From Myxococcota bacterium (GTDB taxonomy: Bacteria; Myxococcota_A; UBA9160; JAFDDA01), in the NCBI GenBank assembly GCA_965228475.1, contig OZ245817.1, forward strand, positions 32,001-96,000: DNA of 64,000 bases, read 5' to 3'. Below the pieces are notes generated by a model. The model ran no database searches and had not been told where the DNA came from. It saw only the letters and a program-made list of their open reading frames with translations. Both the position numbers and the translations under genes were made by a program. This document shows, in pieces, positions 29,234 to 39,566 of the stretch. Position 1 is the first letter of the stretch, and each line of letters opens with the position of its first letter.

Positions 29234-30514
29234 CTAGCGGAGCGGTTCGAACGCCTCGCGTCCGACGTAGGGCTGGAGGGCCTTCGGCACGGCGATGCTG
29301 CCGTCGGCGCGCTGGTGGTTCTCGAGCAGCGCGATCAGCCCGCGGGAGTTCGCGACGGCGGTCCCGTTCAGCATGTGGACGATCTCGTTCTTCCCGTTGT
29401 CGCTTCGGCGGTAGCGCACGCGCAGGCGGCGGGCCTGGTAGTCCGTGCAGTTCGAGGCGCTCGTCACCTCGCCCCACTCGCCGCCATCGCCGCGCCCGGG
29501 CATCCAGGCTTCGATGTCGAACTTGCGGTACGCCGGCGCGCCGAGGTCGCCCGAGGCCACGTCGATCACGCGGTAGGGAATCTCGAGCCCCTGGAAGATC
29601 TTCTCTTCGATGCCAAGCAGGTGCTCGTGCATGGCGTCCGATTCGTCGGGCCGCACGAGCGCGAACATCTCGACCTTCGTGAATTGATGCACGCGGTAGA
29701 GGCCCTTGCTCTCGCGTCCGTGAGAACCGGCCTCGGTCCGGAAGCAGTGGGAGATGCCGGCGAGTTTCAGCGGGAGCTCTTCCTCGGGGATGATCTGGTC
29801 TGCGTAGAGACCGCCGAGCGTGATCTCGGCGGTGCCGACGAGGCACAGGTCCGCGTTCGCGATCGAGTAGATCTGGGTCTCCGGGCCGCGGGGCGCGTAG
29901 CCGAGGCCGGCGACGATCTCCGGCCGCGCGACGTCCGGCGTGATGAAGGGCGTGAAGCCGTCGGCGAGCAGGACGTCGAGGGCGTAGCGCTGGAGTCCGA
30001 GCTCGAGCAGCACCGCGGCGTTCTTCAGGTAGTAGAACTTCTGGCCGGCCACGCGCGCGCCCGCTTCGAAGTCGATGCAGTCGTGGCGCTCGGCCAGGCC
30101 GAGGTGGTCGAGGGCGTCGAAGCCGAACTGCGCCGGCTCGCCGACGCGCCGGATCTCGCGGAAGTCCTCCTCGCCGCCGACGGGAACCTCCGGGTGGATG
30201 AAGTTCGGCAGGCCGTCCATGCGTTCTTCGAGCTCGGCGCGGGCCGTGTCGAGCGCGGCTTCGAGCCGCGCCACCTCGTCCTTCAGGCGGCGACCCTCGG
30301 CGGTGTGGGCCTCGCGCTCTTCGGGCTCCATCTTCCGCTTGCCACCCTTCTGGTGGTCGTTGCGGGCGCGGTTGGCCTCGTTCACCGCGGTCTGGGCGCT
30401 GGCCAGCGCCTCCTGGGCGGCGATCGCCGCATCGACGTCGGCATCGACGCCGCGGCGGCGGCAGCTCTCGAGGATGTCCTCGCGGCGTTCCTTCAGATGG
30501 CGGGCGTCGAGCAT
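29234..30514 (-). CDS. serS: Serine--tRNA ligase
   Basis: ATG at 30514 (MLDAR); [36 protein letters not shown]. Confidence 0.97.
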   Translation of the reverse strand: MLDARHLKERREDILESCRRRGVDADVDAAIAAQEALASAQTAVNEANRARNDHQKGGKRKMEPEEREAHTAEGRRLKDEVARLEAALDTARAELEERMDGLPNFIHPEVPVGGEEDFREIRRVGEPAQFGFDALDHLGLAERHDCIDFEAGARVAGQKFYYLKNAAVLLELGLQRYALDVLLADGFTPFITPDVARPEIVAGLGYAPRGPETQIYSIANADLCLVGTAEITLGGLYADQIIPEEELPLKLAGISHCFRTEAGSHGRESKGLYRVHQFTKVEMFALVRPDESDAMHEHLLGIEEKIFQGLEIPYRVIDVASGDLGAPAYRKFDIEAWMPGRGDGGEWGEVTSASNCTDYQARRLRVRYRRSDNGKNEIVHMLNGTAVANSRGLIALLENHQRADGSIAVPKALQPYVGREAFEPLR

Positions 30515-30585
30515 GGGGCGCCAAGCATAGCGGGCCGTTCCGCGCCCGGGGCGGGCTCCGGCGGCACCCGGGCGGCCCAGCCGGG

Positions 30586-31644
30586 CTAGCGCCCGACCAG
30601 CCCCCGGCCCGTGATCATGGGCAGGTCGAGCGCCGTCAGGAACCCGGGCCCGGCCTCGCACACCGCCGGGATCGCGTTCACGATCTTCGTCGCGGTGAGC
30701 AGCACGCCGCCGACGGCGTGGTCGCCGTGTTCGTCCGCCATGTCGAGGGACACCTCGAGCTGGGGGACGCCCTTCATGATGACCTTGTAGCCGCCCTCGC
30801 TCTGGGGCCAGTCCGGCGCGATGTCGTCGTGGAGCCGGGTCACGTGCTCGACCACGATGCGGGCCACGCCGTCGACCCTACCGCGCACCTCGAAGCGCAG
30901 GCCGGCCATGGTGCCCTCGGGCACGTGGCCGATCGGCACGTCGAAGGCCTTCTCGGCGGGCCGGCGCTCGTGCCAGGCCTCGATGCCGTCGAGCTCCAGG
31001 CCGAGACCTTCGGCGATCAGCCGGACCGATCCGCCCCAGGCCATCTCGAGGATGCCGGGGGTCAGCAGCATGGGCGTCGTATCGAGCGGCTTGCCGAAGC
31101 CCATGGTTTCGAAGACCACTTCGGGTTGGTTGTACGTGGCGTAGTTCACGATCTCCTGGACGCGGATCTCGTCGCAGCGTTCGGCGAGGCCCGAGAGCAC
31201 GAGCGGCAGCACGTCGTTCGCGAAGCCCGGGTCGATCCCGTTGGTGAGGAAGGAGGCGTCGCCCTCGCGGCAGGCGTCTTCGATCTTGCGACGGATCTCC
31301 GGCCCCATCCCGTCCGGGTGGACGAGGCTCACGATCGAGGAGGCCACGACGTTCTTGCCCGCGCGCAGGATGCGGCAGACGTCCTCGATCGCCTCCATGA
31401 TGCGGAGGTCCGCGGTGGCCGTGTAGACGACGCAGTCGGCGTCGCTCGCGAGGAGGGCGTCCGCATCGTTCGTCGCGGCGACGCCGCAGGGCTCGAGCCC
31501 GGCCAGCTCGCCGGCATCGCGCCCGGCCTTCTTCTCCGAGTGGACCCAGAGCCCCGCGAGCTCGAGCTCGGGGTGTCCGAGAATGCAGCGAAGGGCGTAG
31601 TGCCCGACGTTTCCGGTACTCCACTGAATCACACGAAGCGGCAC
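30586..31644 (-). CDS. DapB-like NAD(P)-dependent oxidoreductase (diaminopentanoate/amine dehydrogenase-like)
   Basis: GTG with an [35 protein letters not shown]. Confidence 0.85.
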   Translation of the reverse strand: MPLRVIQWSTGNVGHYALRCILGHPELELAGLWVHSEKKAGRDAGELAGLEPCGVAATNDADALLASDADCVVYTATADLRIMEAIEDVCRILRAGKNVVASSIVSLVHPDGMGPEIRRKIEDACREGDASFLTNGIDPGFANDVLPLVLSGLAERCDEIRVQEIVNYATYNQPEVVFETMGFGKPLDTTPMLLTPGILEMAWGGSVRLIAEGLGLELDGIEAWHERRPAEKAFDVPIGHVPEGTMAGLRFEVRGRVDGVARIVVEHVTRLHDDIAPDWPQSEGGYKVIMKGVPQLEVSLDMADEHGDHAVGGVLLTATKIVNAIPAVCEAGPGFLTALDLPMITGRGLVGR

Positions 31645-31802
31645 GAGTTCTCCTGTCCCATCGGGGGGTAGGGGTTCGGGCAACAAGGTGGCACGCAGCC
31701 GCCAGGTGACAAGGAGTGCCGCCCAGGGCGGCCGTCACGCCCCGCCTTCGCGCGCAAAACGCCCGCGGCCTTAGGGTAGAATGGCCGCCACGAGGAGACC
31801 CC

Positions 31803-33029
31803 ATGGCCATCGACTTCAGCTTCACCCCGGAAATCGAGCAGGTCCGCCACCAGGTCCAGCGCTTCTGCGCCGAGGTGGTGCGGCCGGCCGAGGCCGCCAT
31901 CGCCGAGAAGGAAGGCGACCGCGAGACGCTGGTGGAGCAGGTGATCAAGATGCGAAAGGCCGCGCTCGAGTGGGGGCTCTGGCTGCCGCACATGCCCGAG
32001 GAGTGGGGCGGCATGGGGCTCGGCCACGTGGCCATGGCCGCCGTCTCCGCGGAAGCGGCGAAGACGCGTTTCGGCCCGTTTGCGCTGAACGCCCAGGCGC
32101 CCGACGAGGGCAACATGCACACGCTCCTGCACTGGGCGACGGACGACCAGAAGGAGCGTTACCTGAAGCCGCTCTGCCAGGGCAAGGCGCGCTCATGCTT
32201 CGCGATGACGGAGCCCGAGGTCGCGGGCTCGGACCCGACGCTCATCCAGACCAAGGCCACCGAGCGCGACGACCACTGGGAGATCCACGGCCACAAGTGG
32301 TTCATCTCGGGCGCCAAGGGCGCACAGTTCGCGATCCTGATCGCGCGCACCGAGGACGATCCGGATCTTCCCCAGGCCGCGAACTCCGCCTTCCTCGTCG
32401 ACCTGCCGTCCGAAGGGTGGGAGATCGTGCGCGACGTGCACACGATGAGCGGCAGCCACAACCACTGCGAGATCAAGATCGACGGCCTGAAGGTGCCGAA
32501 GGAGAACATGCTCGGCGGCCGCGGCCAGGGGCACCTGCTCGGCCAGGCGCGGCTCGGGCCGGCGCGCCTCGCCCACTGCATGCGTTGGGTCGGTCAGGCG
32601 GAGGTCGCCCTCGAGATGATGGTCGACCGCGCCCAGAAGCGGTACGCGCACGGCTCCTACCTCGCGGAGAAGCAGGGCATCCAGTGGATGATCGCCGACA
32701 GCTCCATGGAGCTCTACCAGTGCAAGCTGATGATCCTCCACGCCGCCTACAAGATCGATCGCAAGGAGGACTTCAAGAGCGAGGTCTCCATGGCGAAGCA
32801 CTTCGTGGCGAACTCGCTGAACCGCATCATCGACCGTGCGATCCAGGTGCACGGGGCGCTCGGCTACAGCACGGACACGCCGCTCGCGGACATGCTGAAG
32901 CAGGCGCGCTGGGCCCGCTTCGCCGACGGCGCCGACGAGGTGCACCAGTGGCGCATCGCCATGCGCACGATCGAGGCCTACACCAAGACCGGAAGCGTGA
33001 ACGCCGCGACCGGCGGACTCCCTCTCTAG
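31803..33029 (+). CDS. Acyl-CoA dehydrogenase family protein
   Basis: APDEGNM, FAMTEP, GHKWFISG, AIQVHG, DGADEVH; GAGGAG SD and upstream TAGAAT. Confidence 0.95.
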   Translation: MAIDFSFTPEIEQVRHQVQRFCAEVVRPAEAAIAEKEGDRETLVEQVIKMRKAALEWGLWLPHMPEEWGGMGLGHVAMAAVSAEAAKTRFGPFALNAQAPDEGNMHTLLHWATDDQKERYLKPLCQGKARSCFAMTEPEVAGSDPTLIQTKATERDDHWEIHGHKWFISGAKGAQFAILIARTEDDPDLPQAANSAFLVDLPSEGWEIVRDVHTMSGSHNHCEIKIDGLKVPKENMLGGRGQGHLLGQARLGPARLAHCMRWVGQAEVALEMMVDRAQKRYAHGSYLAEKQGIQWMIADSSMELYQCKLMILHAAYKIDRKEDFKSEVSMAKHFVANSLNRIIDRAIQVHGALGYSTDTPLADMLKQARWARFADGADEVHQWRIAMRTIEAYTKTGSVNAATGGLPL

Positions 33030-33030
33030 G

Positions 33031-33219
33031 ATGGGCGACGAAGAAGTCACGCTGGAAGGTGAAGTCGGTACGCCCTACGCCTCGGCCGAGACGCCCGAGG
33101 GCGGGGGCTTCGACTTCATCGTGTTCGGCCTGATCGTCGCGGTCGTCGTCCTCGTCGCGATCCAGAACGTGTGGCTACGGCGCAAGGCCGAGCGCGAGAA
33201 CACCGAGGGCTCGGACTGA
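33031..33219 (+). CDS. Small single-pass membrane protein
   Basis: 62 aa with an acidic N-terminus, one TM helix and a basic tail; fills the gap within the operon. Confidence 0.6.
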   Translation: MGDEEVTLEGEVGTPYASAETPEGGGFDFIVFGLIVAVVVLVAIQNVWLRRKAERENTEGSD

Positions 33220-33278
33220 GCCCGTCCCTGCACCCGTGATGCAAGAGTCCCCGTGATCCAGGAGTCCGAGACCCCGCC

Positions 33279-34967
33279 ATGACCCAGCGCGCCCCCGAGA
33301 TGTCCTTCGAAGAAGCCTGCGCCGCGGCCTGCGGGCCCGACGGCATGTTCCCGATCGTCGAGCACGAGGTGCGCGGGAACGTCGTGCCCGTCTTCAAGAA
33401 CGCGCCGCCCTCGCTGCGGCACCTGTTCGGCGTGGCGCGCACGCGGCCGGACGAGGATTTCCTCGTCTACGAGGACGAGCGCTGGACCTTCGGCGACGCC
33501 ATGGCCAAGGTCGACGCGACGGCGGCGATGCTCGTCGAGCGCTACGGGATCGAGCGCGGGGACCGCGTGGCGATCGCCATGCGGAACTATCCGGAGTTCA
33601 TCACCACCTTCGCGGCCGTCACCTCCGTCGGCGGCATCGCCGTCCTGATGAACGCGTGGTGGACGCCCGAGGAGATGGCCTACGGCCTCGAAGACTCCGG
33701 CGCGAAGCTGCTCGTCGCGGACGCGGAGCGCATCGCGCGCGCCCTGCCCTGCCAGGCGAAGCTCGGCTTCCGGATCGTGGCCGTTCGTGCGGAGGAGCCC
33801 CAGGAGGGGATCGATCGCCTCGAGGAGACCTGGCAGCTCGGCGCGGTGCTTCCCGAGGTGGAGGTCGGCCCCGAGGACGACGCGACCATCCTCTATACCT
33901 CGGGAACCACGGGCTTCCCCAAGGGCGCCGTCTCGACCCACCGCGCCGTGGTGAACTCGCTTGCCGGCTTCGCCGCGCGCACCGCCATCAACCGCATGAT
34001 GTTCCCGCCGAGCGAGGCCCCGGCCCACCCGACGAGCTTCATCCTGGTCGTGCCGCTCTTCCACGTGACCGGGCTCGTACCCGTGATGATGAGCTGCTTC
34101 GCCGGCGGCTACAAACTCGTGATGATGTATAAGTGGAACGCCGAGCGCGCCCTCGAGCTGATCGAGCGCGAGCGCGTCACGCAGTTCGTCGGCGTCCCGA
34201 CCCAGAGCTTCGACCTGCTCGAATCGCCGAACTTCGCGAAACACGACACGTCGAGCCTCACCAACGTCGGCGGCGGCGGTGCGCCCGCGCCGCCCGAGCT
34301 CGTGCGCAAGATCGACAAGGGCTTCAAGCGCGGCGCGCCCGGCATCGGCTACGGCATGACCGAGACCAACGCCTACGGCCCCGGCAACACCGGCGCCGAG
34401 TACCTGGCCAAGCCCCGCAGCACCGGCCGCACCATCCCGATCATGCGCATCGAGGTGCGCGACGAAGCCGGCAAGGAAGTGCCGCGCGGGGAGATTGGGG
34501 AGATCTGGTTCTACGGCCCGATGCTGATCCGCGGCTACTGGAACAAGCCCGAAGCCACGGCCGAGACCATCGTCGACGGCTGGCTGCGCAGCGGCGACCT
34601 CGGCCGCATGGACGAGGAGGGCTTCCTGTTCGTGGAAGACCGCGCGAAGGACATGGTCCTGCGCGGCGGCGAGAACATCTACTGCGCCGAGGTCGAGGCG
34701 GCCATCTACGAGTTCCCCGCCGTGCACGAAGCGGCCGTCTTCGGCATGCCCCACGACCGTCTCGGCGAAGAGGTCGCCTGCGCCCTCGTCGCCAAGCGCG
34801 GCGAGACGATCGACGTGAACGCCCTCGGCACCCACCTGAAGGAGCACATCGCCGGCTTCAAGATCCCCACGATCTGGGAAGTCCGCGACGAGCCCCTGCC
34901 GAGAAACGCCTCCGGCAAGATCCTGAAGCGCGACCTCCGCGACGAGCTTCTGGCCCGGGAGGGCTAG
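33279..34967 (+). CDS. Long-chain acyl-CoA synthetase (AMP-binding)
   Basis: YTSGTTGFPKG, GYGMTE, SGDLG, GGENIY, SGKILKR. Confidence 0.95.
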   Translation: MTQRAPEMSFEEACAAACGPDGMFPIVEHEVRGNVVPVFKNAPPSLRHLFGVARTRPDEDFLVYEDERWTFGDAMAKVDATAAMLVERYGIERGDRVAIAMRNYPEFITTFAAVTSVGGIAVLMNAWWTPEEMAYGLEDSGAKLLVADAERIARALPCQAKLGFRIVAVRAEEPQEGIDRLEETWQLGAVLPEVEVGPEDDATILYTSGTTGFPKGAVSTHRAVVNSLAGFAARTAINRMMFPPSEAPAHPTSFILVVPLFHVTGLVPVMMSCFAGGYKLVMMYKWNAERALELIERERVTQFVGVPTQSFDLLESPNFAKHDTSSLTNVGGGGAPAPPELVRKIDKGFKRGAPGIGYGMTETNAYGPGNTGAEYLAKPRSTGRTIPIMRIEVRDEAGKEVPRGEIGEIWFYGPMLIRGYWNKPEATAETIVDGWLRSGDLGRMDEEGFLFVEDRAKDMVLRGGENIYCAEVEAAIYEFPAVHEAAVFGMPHDRLGEEVACALVAKRGETIDVNALGTHLKEHIAGFKIPTIWEVRDEPLPRNASGKILKRDLRDELLAREG

Positions 34968-35148
34968 GGGTGGGCCTCCAGGTTTCTCTCACGGATGGCG
35001 TTTCTCGAGCCGTGATTCTTCAGCCACTCGGCCACCGTCGAAGGGTCTTCAGGAGCAGGGTCGAGGTCGCCTCAGGGGGGCTCTTCTCGGCACGCAAGAG
35101 GGCGAGCTTCCTCAAAATCCACCATGGTTTGCGGGGATACTTGCGAGT

Positions 35149-35204
35149 AGGCCGTGGGGAACGTTACGCTCGGCTTCGCCGGAGCGTAACGTTCCCCACG
35201 GCCT
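35149..35204. repeat. Perfect 23-bp inverted repeat (hairpin)
   Basis: AGGCCGTGGGGAACGTTACGCTC-N10-GAGCGTAACGTTCCCCACGGCCT. Confidence 0.9.
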
Positions 35205-35232
35205 GGGCGCGGGCAAACGCTACCTGCCGGGG

Positions 35233-35260
35233 TTGACAAATCGTCGGATGCTCTAAGAAT
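35233..35260 (+). promoter_or_regulatory. Possible sigma70 promoter for the two-gene islet
   Basis: TTGACA-N16-AAGAAT. Confidence 0.4.
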
Positions 35261-35374
35261 GACCCAGCCCTCGCACTCGCTACCCCCCTCCGGGGTATTG
35301 CTCTAGTGGCTCGGGGGCGAGCTTCATCGGATCGGGCTTCCCCCCCCATCCGTTCGGCTGGGGCAGGGGGAGGA

Positions 35375-35563
35375 ATGATGGCGCATAGCGTGTCTTTGCG
35401 AGCGACTACCAAGAAGGCTCCTGCCTACAAGCTTCCTTCTGAGACTCTGAGGCAGATCGTTAGTAGGTATGCCCGAGGCAATGTGCGTTTGAAGCTGCGT
35501 CGGTATGTGACTGAGGCGGAGCTAAGGGCGCGCCGAGAGAAAGTGCTAGCAGAAGACTTCTAG
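35375..35563 (+). CDS. Small basic hypothetical protein
   Basis: GGAGG SD then ATG ATG; RYARGNVRLKLRRYVTEAEL; lower-GC codon usage. Confidence 0.6.
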   Translation: MMAHSVSLRATTKKAPAYKLPSETLRQIVSRYARGNVRLKLRRYVTEAELRARREKVLAEDF

Positions 35564-35605
35564 CACTGCCTTGACGACTCCGGGCTCGATGAATATGAAG
35601 ACTGC

Positions 35606-36241
35606 ATGTCGCCCGAAGAGACCCTCGAAAAGCTTGCTGACCTAAAAGCGGACTACGCAGCGGCAGAAGAGATCGCCAAGAAGTGCGAGACGTACTTTGG
35701 TGAGGCGGTGATTCCTGCGTTCAATGAGTTGCGCTACGCGGGTTTTCACTCACTTCAAGCCGCAGACGCCGCAAGGCTCGGCGATGGGGGCAAGACCGAT
35801 GAGCAACTCGGCAAGGCCGCATCTCATTGCCACCGTGCGAGATACGATGCCGCTGAGGCGGGGGTAGTTTGTTGTATCGAGGCTTTCAACCAGTTTCGCG
35901 CTGACTACGACCTCATCCCGATCACCGACATCGTCGCGAACTATCCGCACTCGATGTCGGCATTCCGAGACGCAAAGGCACTCATCGCTACGGCCCGCCG
36001 AGATGATGAGACACGAGAAGAGTATGCGGAGAGGTGCGAGAAGCTATTCGATCAGCTCTACGCCATCCTGCAGGGTCTTAACGACCACCGCGAGGAGCTC
36101 AACAAGCGAGTTCGGAGTACCAAAGAAGAAGAGGCTCGCCGCGAGGCGAGCAGGCAGCGGTGGCAGCTCGCAACGGGTATCGCAGTTTGGGGAGCAATCG
36201 TCTCTACGATCGCTCTAGGGTTCTCTCTAGGGGCTGGCTGA
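35606..36241 (+). CDS. Helical hypothetical protein with C-terminal TM
   Basis: 211-aa ORF with NELRYAGFH and HCHRARYD motifs, a coiled coil and a terminal hydrophobic helix. Confidence 0.8.
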   Translation: MSPEETLEKLADLKADYAAAEEIAKKCETYFGEAVIPAFNELRYAGFHSLQAADAARLGDGGKTDEQLGKAASHCHRARYDAAEAGVVCCIEAFNQFRADYDLIPITDIVANYPHSMSAFRDAKALIATARRDDETREEYAERCEKLFDQLYAILQGLNDHREELNKRVRSTKEEEARREASRQRWQLATGIAVWGAIVSTIALGFSLGAG

Positions 36242-36444
36242 TCTTGCTGGTTGTAGCTGAAGCAGGCCGCCCCAGTCCGAACGAATGAACGTTACGAGTC
36301 GGGGACTCTCTTAGCCGGACAACGTATCCCGCAACATCCGGCATCTGATCTTGGCCGAAGTCGGGTAAGACCGTCCCGTTCCCCGACTGGCCGTCCCCGC
36401 AGGCCCGGCTAGATGTACGGTTCCAGCCAGCGGGAGCGTGCCGT

Positions 36445-37413
36445 ATGGGCCGATTGATCGAAGGGGTCTGGAGCGAGGAGTGGTACGACACGAAGTCGTC
36501 CGGTGGCCGCTTCGTTCGCAAGGACAGTAGTTTCCGCGAGCACGTCCGGGCCGACGGCTCGACGCCGTTCAAGCCCGAGGCCGGGCGCTACCACCTCTAC
36601 GTCTCCCTGGCCTGCCCCTGGGCGCATCGGACGCTGATCCTGCGCCGCCTGAAGGGGCTCGAGGCGGCGATCTCGCTCTCGGTCGTGGATCCGTTCATGG
36701 GGAAGAACGGCTGGGAGTTCGGGGAGAGCCCGGGCTGCATTCCGGACCCGATCCACGGCGCCGAGTTCCTGCACCAGGTCTACACGCAGGCGGATCCGAA
36801 GTACACGGGGCGCGTGACGGTGCCGGTGCTCTGGGATCGCGAGCGGGCGACGATCGTGAACAACGAGTCTTCGGACATCCTGCGCATGTTCAACGCGGAG
36901 TTCGCTGCGATCGCGGAGCATCCGGAGCCGGACTACTACCCGGAGGCGCTGCGGGCGGCGATCGACGAGGCCAATGCGCTCGTCTATCCGAACGTGAACA
37001 ACGGCGTCTATCGCTGCGGCTTCGCGACGACCCAGGAGGCCTACGAGGAGGCGTTCGCCGAGCTCTTCGGGACGCTCGACACCCTCGAGAAGCGGCTCGG
37101 GCGCCAGCGCTACCTGGTCGGGGATGCGATCACCGAAGCGGACTGGCGGCTCTTCACGACCCTCGTTCGCTTCGACGCCGTCTACGTCGGCCACTTCAAG
37201 TGCAACCTGCGCCGCATCGCGGACATGCCGAACCTGCACGGCTACCTGCGCGAGCTCTACCAGGTGCCCGGCGTCGCGGAGACCGTCGACATGACCCACA
37301 TCAAGCGCCACTACTACGAGAGCCACGGGACGATCAATCCGACGGGCGTGGTCCCCGTCGGCCCCGCGCTCGAACTCGACGCGCCCCACGGACGAGAGGG
37401 AGTTTCCTCATGA
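36445..37413 (+). CDS. Glutathionyl-hydroquinone reductase / GST omega-like (YqjG family)
   Basis: YHLYVSLACPWAHR, TVPVLWD, IVNNES, NNGVY.CGFA. Confidence 0.95.
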   Translation: MGRLIEGVWSEEWYDTKSSGGRFVRKDSSFREHVRADGSTPFKPEAGRYHLYVSLACPWAHRTLILRRLKGLEAAISLSVVDPFMGKNGWEFGESPGCIPDPIHGAEFLHQVYTQADPKYTGRVTVPVLWDRERATIVNNESSDILRMFNAEFAAIAEHPEPDYYPEALRAAIDEANALVYPNVNNGVYRCGFATTQEAYEEAFAELFGTLDTLEKRLGRQRYLVGDAITEADWRLFTTLVRFDAVYVGHFKCNLRRIADMPNLHGYLRELYQVPGVAETVDMTHIKRHYYESHGTINPTGVVPVGPALELDAPHGREGVSS

Positions 37414-37754
37414 GCCTCCGAGAAAACGTGCAGGCCGTGATCGACGGCATCCTCGCCGGGGACGTCCTCGGCACCTTCGATGCCTGGTACGCGGACGACG
37501 TGGTGATGAGCGAGAACGGCACGGACGAGCGTGTCGGGAAGGCGGCGAACCGCGCCTACGAGGAGGCCTTCGTGAACGGCGTCGAGTTCCACGGCGCCGA
37601 AGTCGGCGCCGTGATCGTCGATGGGGACCAGGCCGCCGTCGAGTGGACCTTCGATCTGACGCCGAAGGGCGGCGAGCGCATGCTGCAGCGGCAGGTGGCC
37701 GTCCAGACCTGGCGCGACGGCCGCGTCGTGCGCGAGGTCTTCTACCACGGCTGA
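37410..37754 (+). CDS. SnoaL/NTF2-like protein
   Basis: ATGA overlap; YADDVVM.EN, VQTWRDGRVVREVFY. Confidence 0.85.
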   Translation: MSLRENVQAVIDGILAGDVLGTFDAWYADDVVMSENGTDERVGKAANRAYEEAFVNGVEFHGAEVGAVIVDGDQAAVEWTFDLTPKGGERMLQRQVAVQTWRDGRVVREVFYHG

Positions 37755-37762
37755 GCCGCGGC

Positions 37763-38401
37763 CTAGTCCTCGCCTTCGATCTCGCTCCGGTCGAAGGTCA
37801 CGGTCCAGAACTTCCAGAACATGTAGATCTGGGCGCCGAGCCCGGTGAGGGCGCCGCCCAGTGCGAGCAGGGTCAGCGGAGAGCCCGGCCCGGCCCAGGC
37901 CGAGAGCGGCGTGGCGATGACGAGCCACACGACCGTGAGCGCCGAGGGCAGATAGCCGTCGTCGACGTTCGAGAGCTGGTCCTGTCCGTCGATCTGATGG
38001 GCGAGGACCGCCCGGTAGATCCCGAAGTTCGTCCCCGCGGCGACCACGAACAGCACCGCCAGCAGCCCGAGGAACCACGGCACGCGATCCGGGCCGAGCG
38101 TGCTGATCAGGCCGAACTCGAGCAGCCCGATCACGAAGGGTGCGACGAGGTCCTGGAAGCGCGGCACCCAGCTGAAGCGCAGCACGAGCGACGCGTACAT
38201 CAGCCAGATGACGACGATGCCGAGGAAGACGGCGGCGATCTGGACGAGCCCCGCAGCCCGCGCGCCGAAGGCGTCCCAGCGCCCGAGGCCGCCAACGCCC
38301 TGGTTCCAGAGGAGCTCGAGCACCAGGGCCTGCAGGATGCCGAGGACGCCGAGCAGCACCTGCGGGAGCTGCTCCCGCGCCCGTTCGTGTTGGCTGCGCA
38401 C
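37763..38401 (-). CDS. Hypothetical multi-pass membrane protein
   Basis: About 6 hydrophobic helices; GC3-biased frame. Confidence 0.75.
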   Translation of the reverse strand: MRSQHERAREQLPQVLLGVLGILQALVLELLWNQGVGGLGRWDAFGARAAGLVQIAAVFLGIVVIWLMYASLVLRFSWVPRFQDLVAPFVIGLLEFGLISTLGPDRVPWFLGLLAVLFVVAAGTNFGIYRAVLAHQIDGQDQLSNVDDGYLPSALTVVWLVIATPLSAWAGPGSPLTLLALGGALTGLGAQIYMFWKFWTVTFDRSEIEGED

Positions 38402-38448
38402 GCCGCGACGTTATCGACCCGGCGCGGCGGGCGCCCGCTTCTTCGGCG

Positions 38449-39534
38449 CTAGCCCGTCGACTCGATCCACTCGTCGAGGTTCTCCGGGAACTGGACGTGG
38501 AGGTCGAGCTGCCTCGCTCGCTCCTCGCCGAGGTTCGCCTCGAACATCTCCCGGAAGTGGCCCTCGATCCGCTCGCTGAACAGGCCGATCTTGCGCAGCG
38601 TCGGGATCACGAAGCCGCGCACGGGGCCGCTCGTCCCGCCCTGCTTCGCCATCGCTTCCATGACGGCGCTGCGTTCGGTGAGGATCTGCTGGAAGGCTTC
38701 CTCCGGGTCGAGGCCGGCCTCGCGCCAGATGCCGAGGGCGCTCTGGCGCATGGTCTTGCCCGCGCGCGAATCGATCAGCAGGCGCGCGGCCTCGAAGGCG
38801 AAGTCCTCGAGCTCGGCCTTCTTCTCGTCGCTCTGCTCGGCCACGACGTGGCCCAGGTACTTCACGCCGAAACCCGTGTGGCGCGCTTCATCGCGCGAGA
38901 CGTAGGTGAGGAGCTGCTTCAGCAGCGGCTCGCTCGTGGTGTTGCGCATGTCGCGGAAGGTGAAGAGTGCGAGGCCCTCGATCACGATGTTCATGCCGAC
39001 GGCTTTGTGCATCCAGTCGTCGTGGCCGAGGGTCTGGTCGAGGATGTCCTTCAGCGCGGGCATGATCGGGTAGACGTCGTCGATCTGCTTGATGAAGGTG
39101 GCGAAGACCTCGACGTGGCGCGCTTCGTCCAGGGTCTGGGTCGAGGCGTAGAACTTGCCGTCCATGTGGGGGACGGCGTTCACGAGCTGCGAGGCGACCA
39201 TCAGCGCGCCCTGCTCGCCGTGCAGGAAGTTCGAGAGCATGAAGGCGGCGGTGCGGCGGGAGACCTCCCAGCGCGTGTCGTCGTCGAGTCCCTTCCAGAA
39301 GTTCGTCTCCTGGATGGGGAAACCGGCCAGCGAGAAGGTCTTCGCGAACTTCTCCTTGTCGACGCCCTGCTCCCAGTCGAGGTCGCGCATGGCGATCCAC
39401 TGGCGGTCGAGGGCGTTCGCGTAGAGCGTGCGTAGCTCGTCGATCTCGGGCTCGTAGTTCCAGTTGTAGACGGCGTCCATCGCGGCGTGGGTCGCGTCGC
39501 TCTGGGGGTGGGAAACGGGAAGCGGGTGGGCCAT
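38449..39534 (-). CDS. Ferritin-like diiron protein (AurF/N-oxygenase-like)
   Basis: FLHGEQGAL and two DEARH diiron motifs. Confidence 0.88.
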   Translation of the reverse strand: MAHPLPVSHPQSDATHAAMDAVYNWNYEPEIDELRTLYANALDRQWIAMRDLDWEQGVDKEKFAKTFSLAGFPIQETNFWKGLDDDTRWEVSRRTAAFMLSNFLHGEQGALMVASQLVNAVPHMDGKFYASTQTLDEARHVEVFATFIKQIDDVYPIMPALKDILDQTLGHDDWMHKAVGMNIVIEGLALFTFRDMRNTTSEPLLKQLLTYVSRDEARHTGFGVKYLGHVVAEQSDEKKAELEDFAFEAARLLIDSRAGKTMRQSALGIWREAGLDPEEAFQQILTERSAVMEAMAKQGGTSGPVRGFVIPTLRKIGLFSERIEGHFREMFEANLGEERARQLDLHVQFPENLDEWIESTG

Positions 39535-39566
39535 GGGTCTGCTCCGTGGGCGCGGGAGTTCGTTCG

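Noticed and set aside
34968..35146. Possible pseudogene fragment on the minus strand
   Set aside because: Short open stretches only, with no recognisable motif.
36287..36296. GAACGTTACG matching part of the 35.15-kb hairpin on the other side of the islet
   Set aside because: Only 10 bp; not enough to call an element end.
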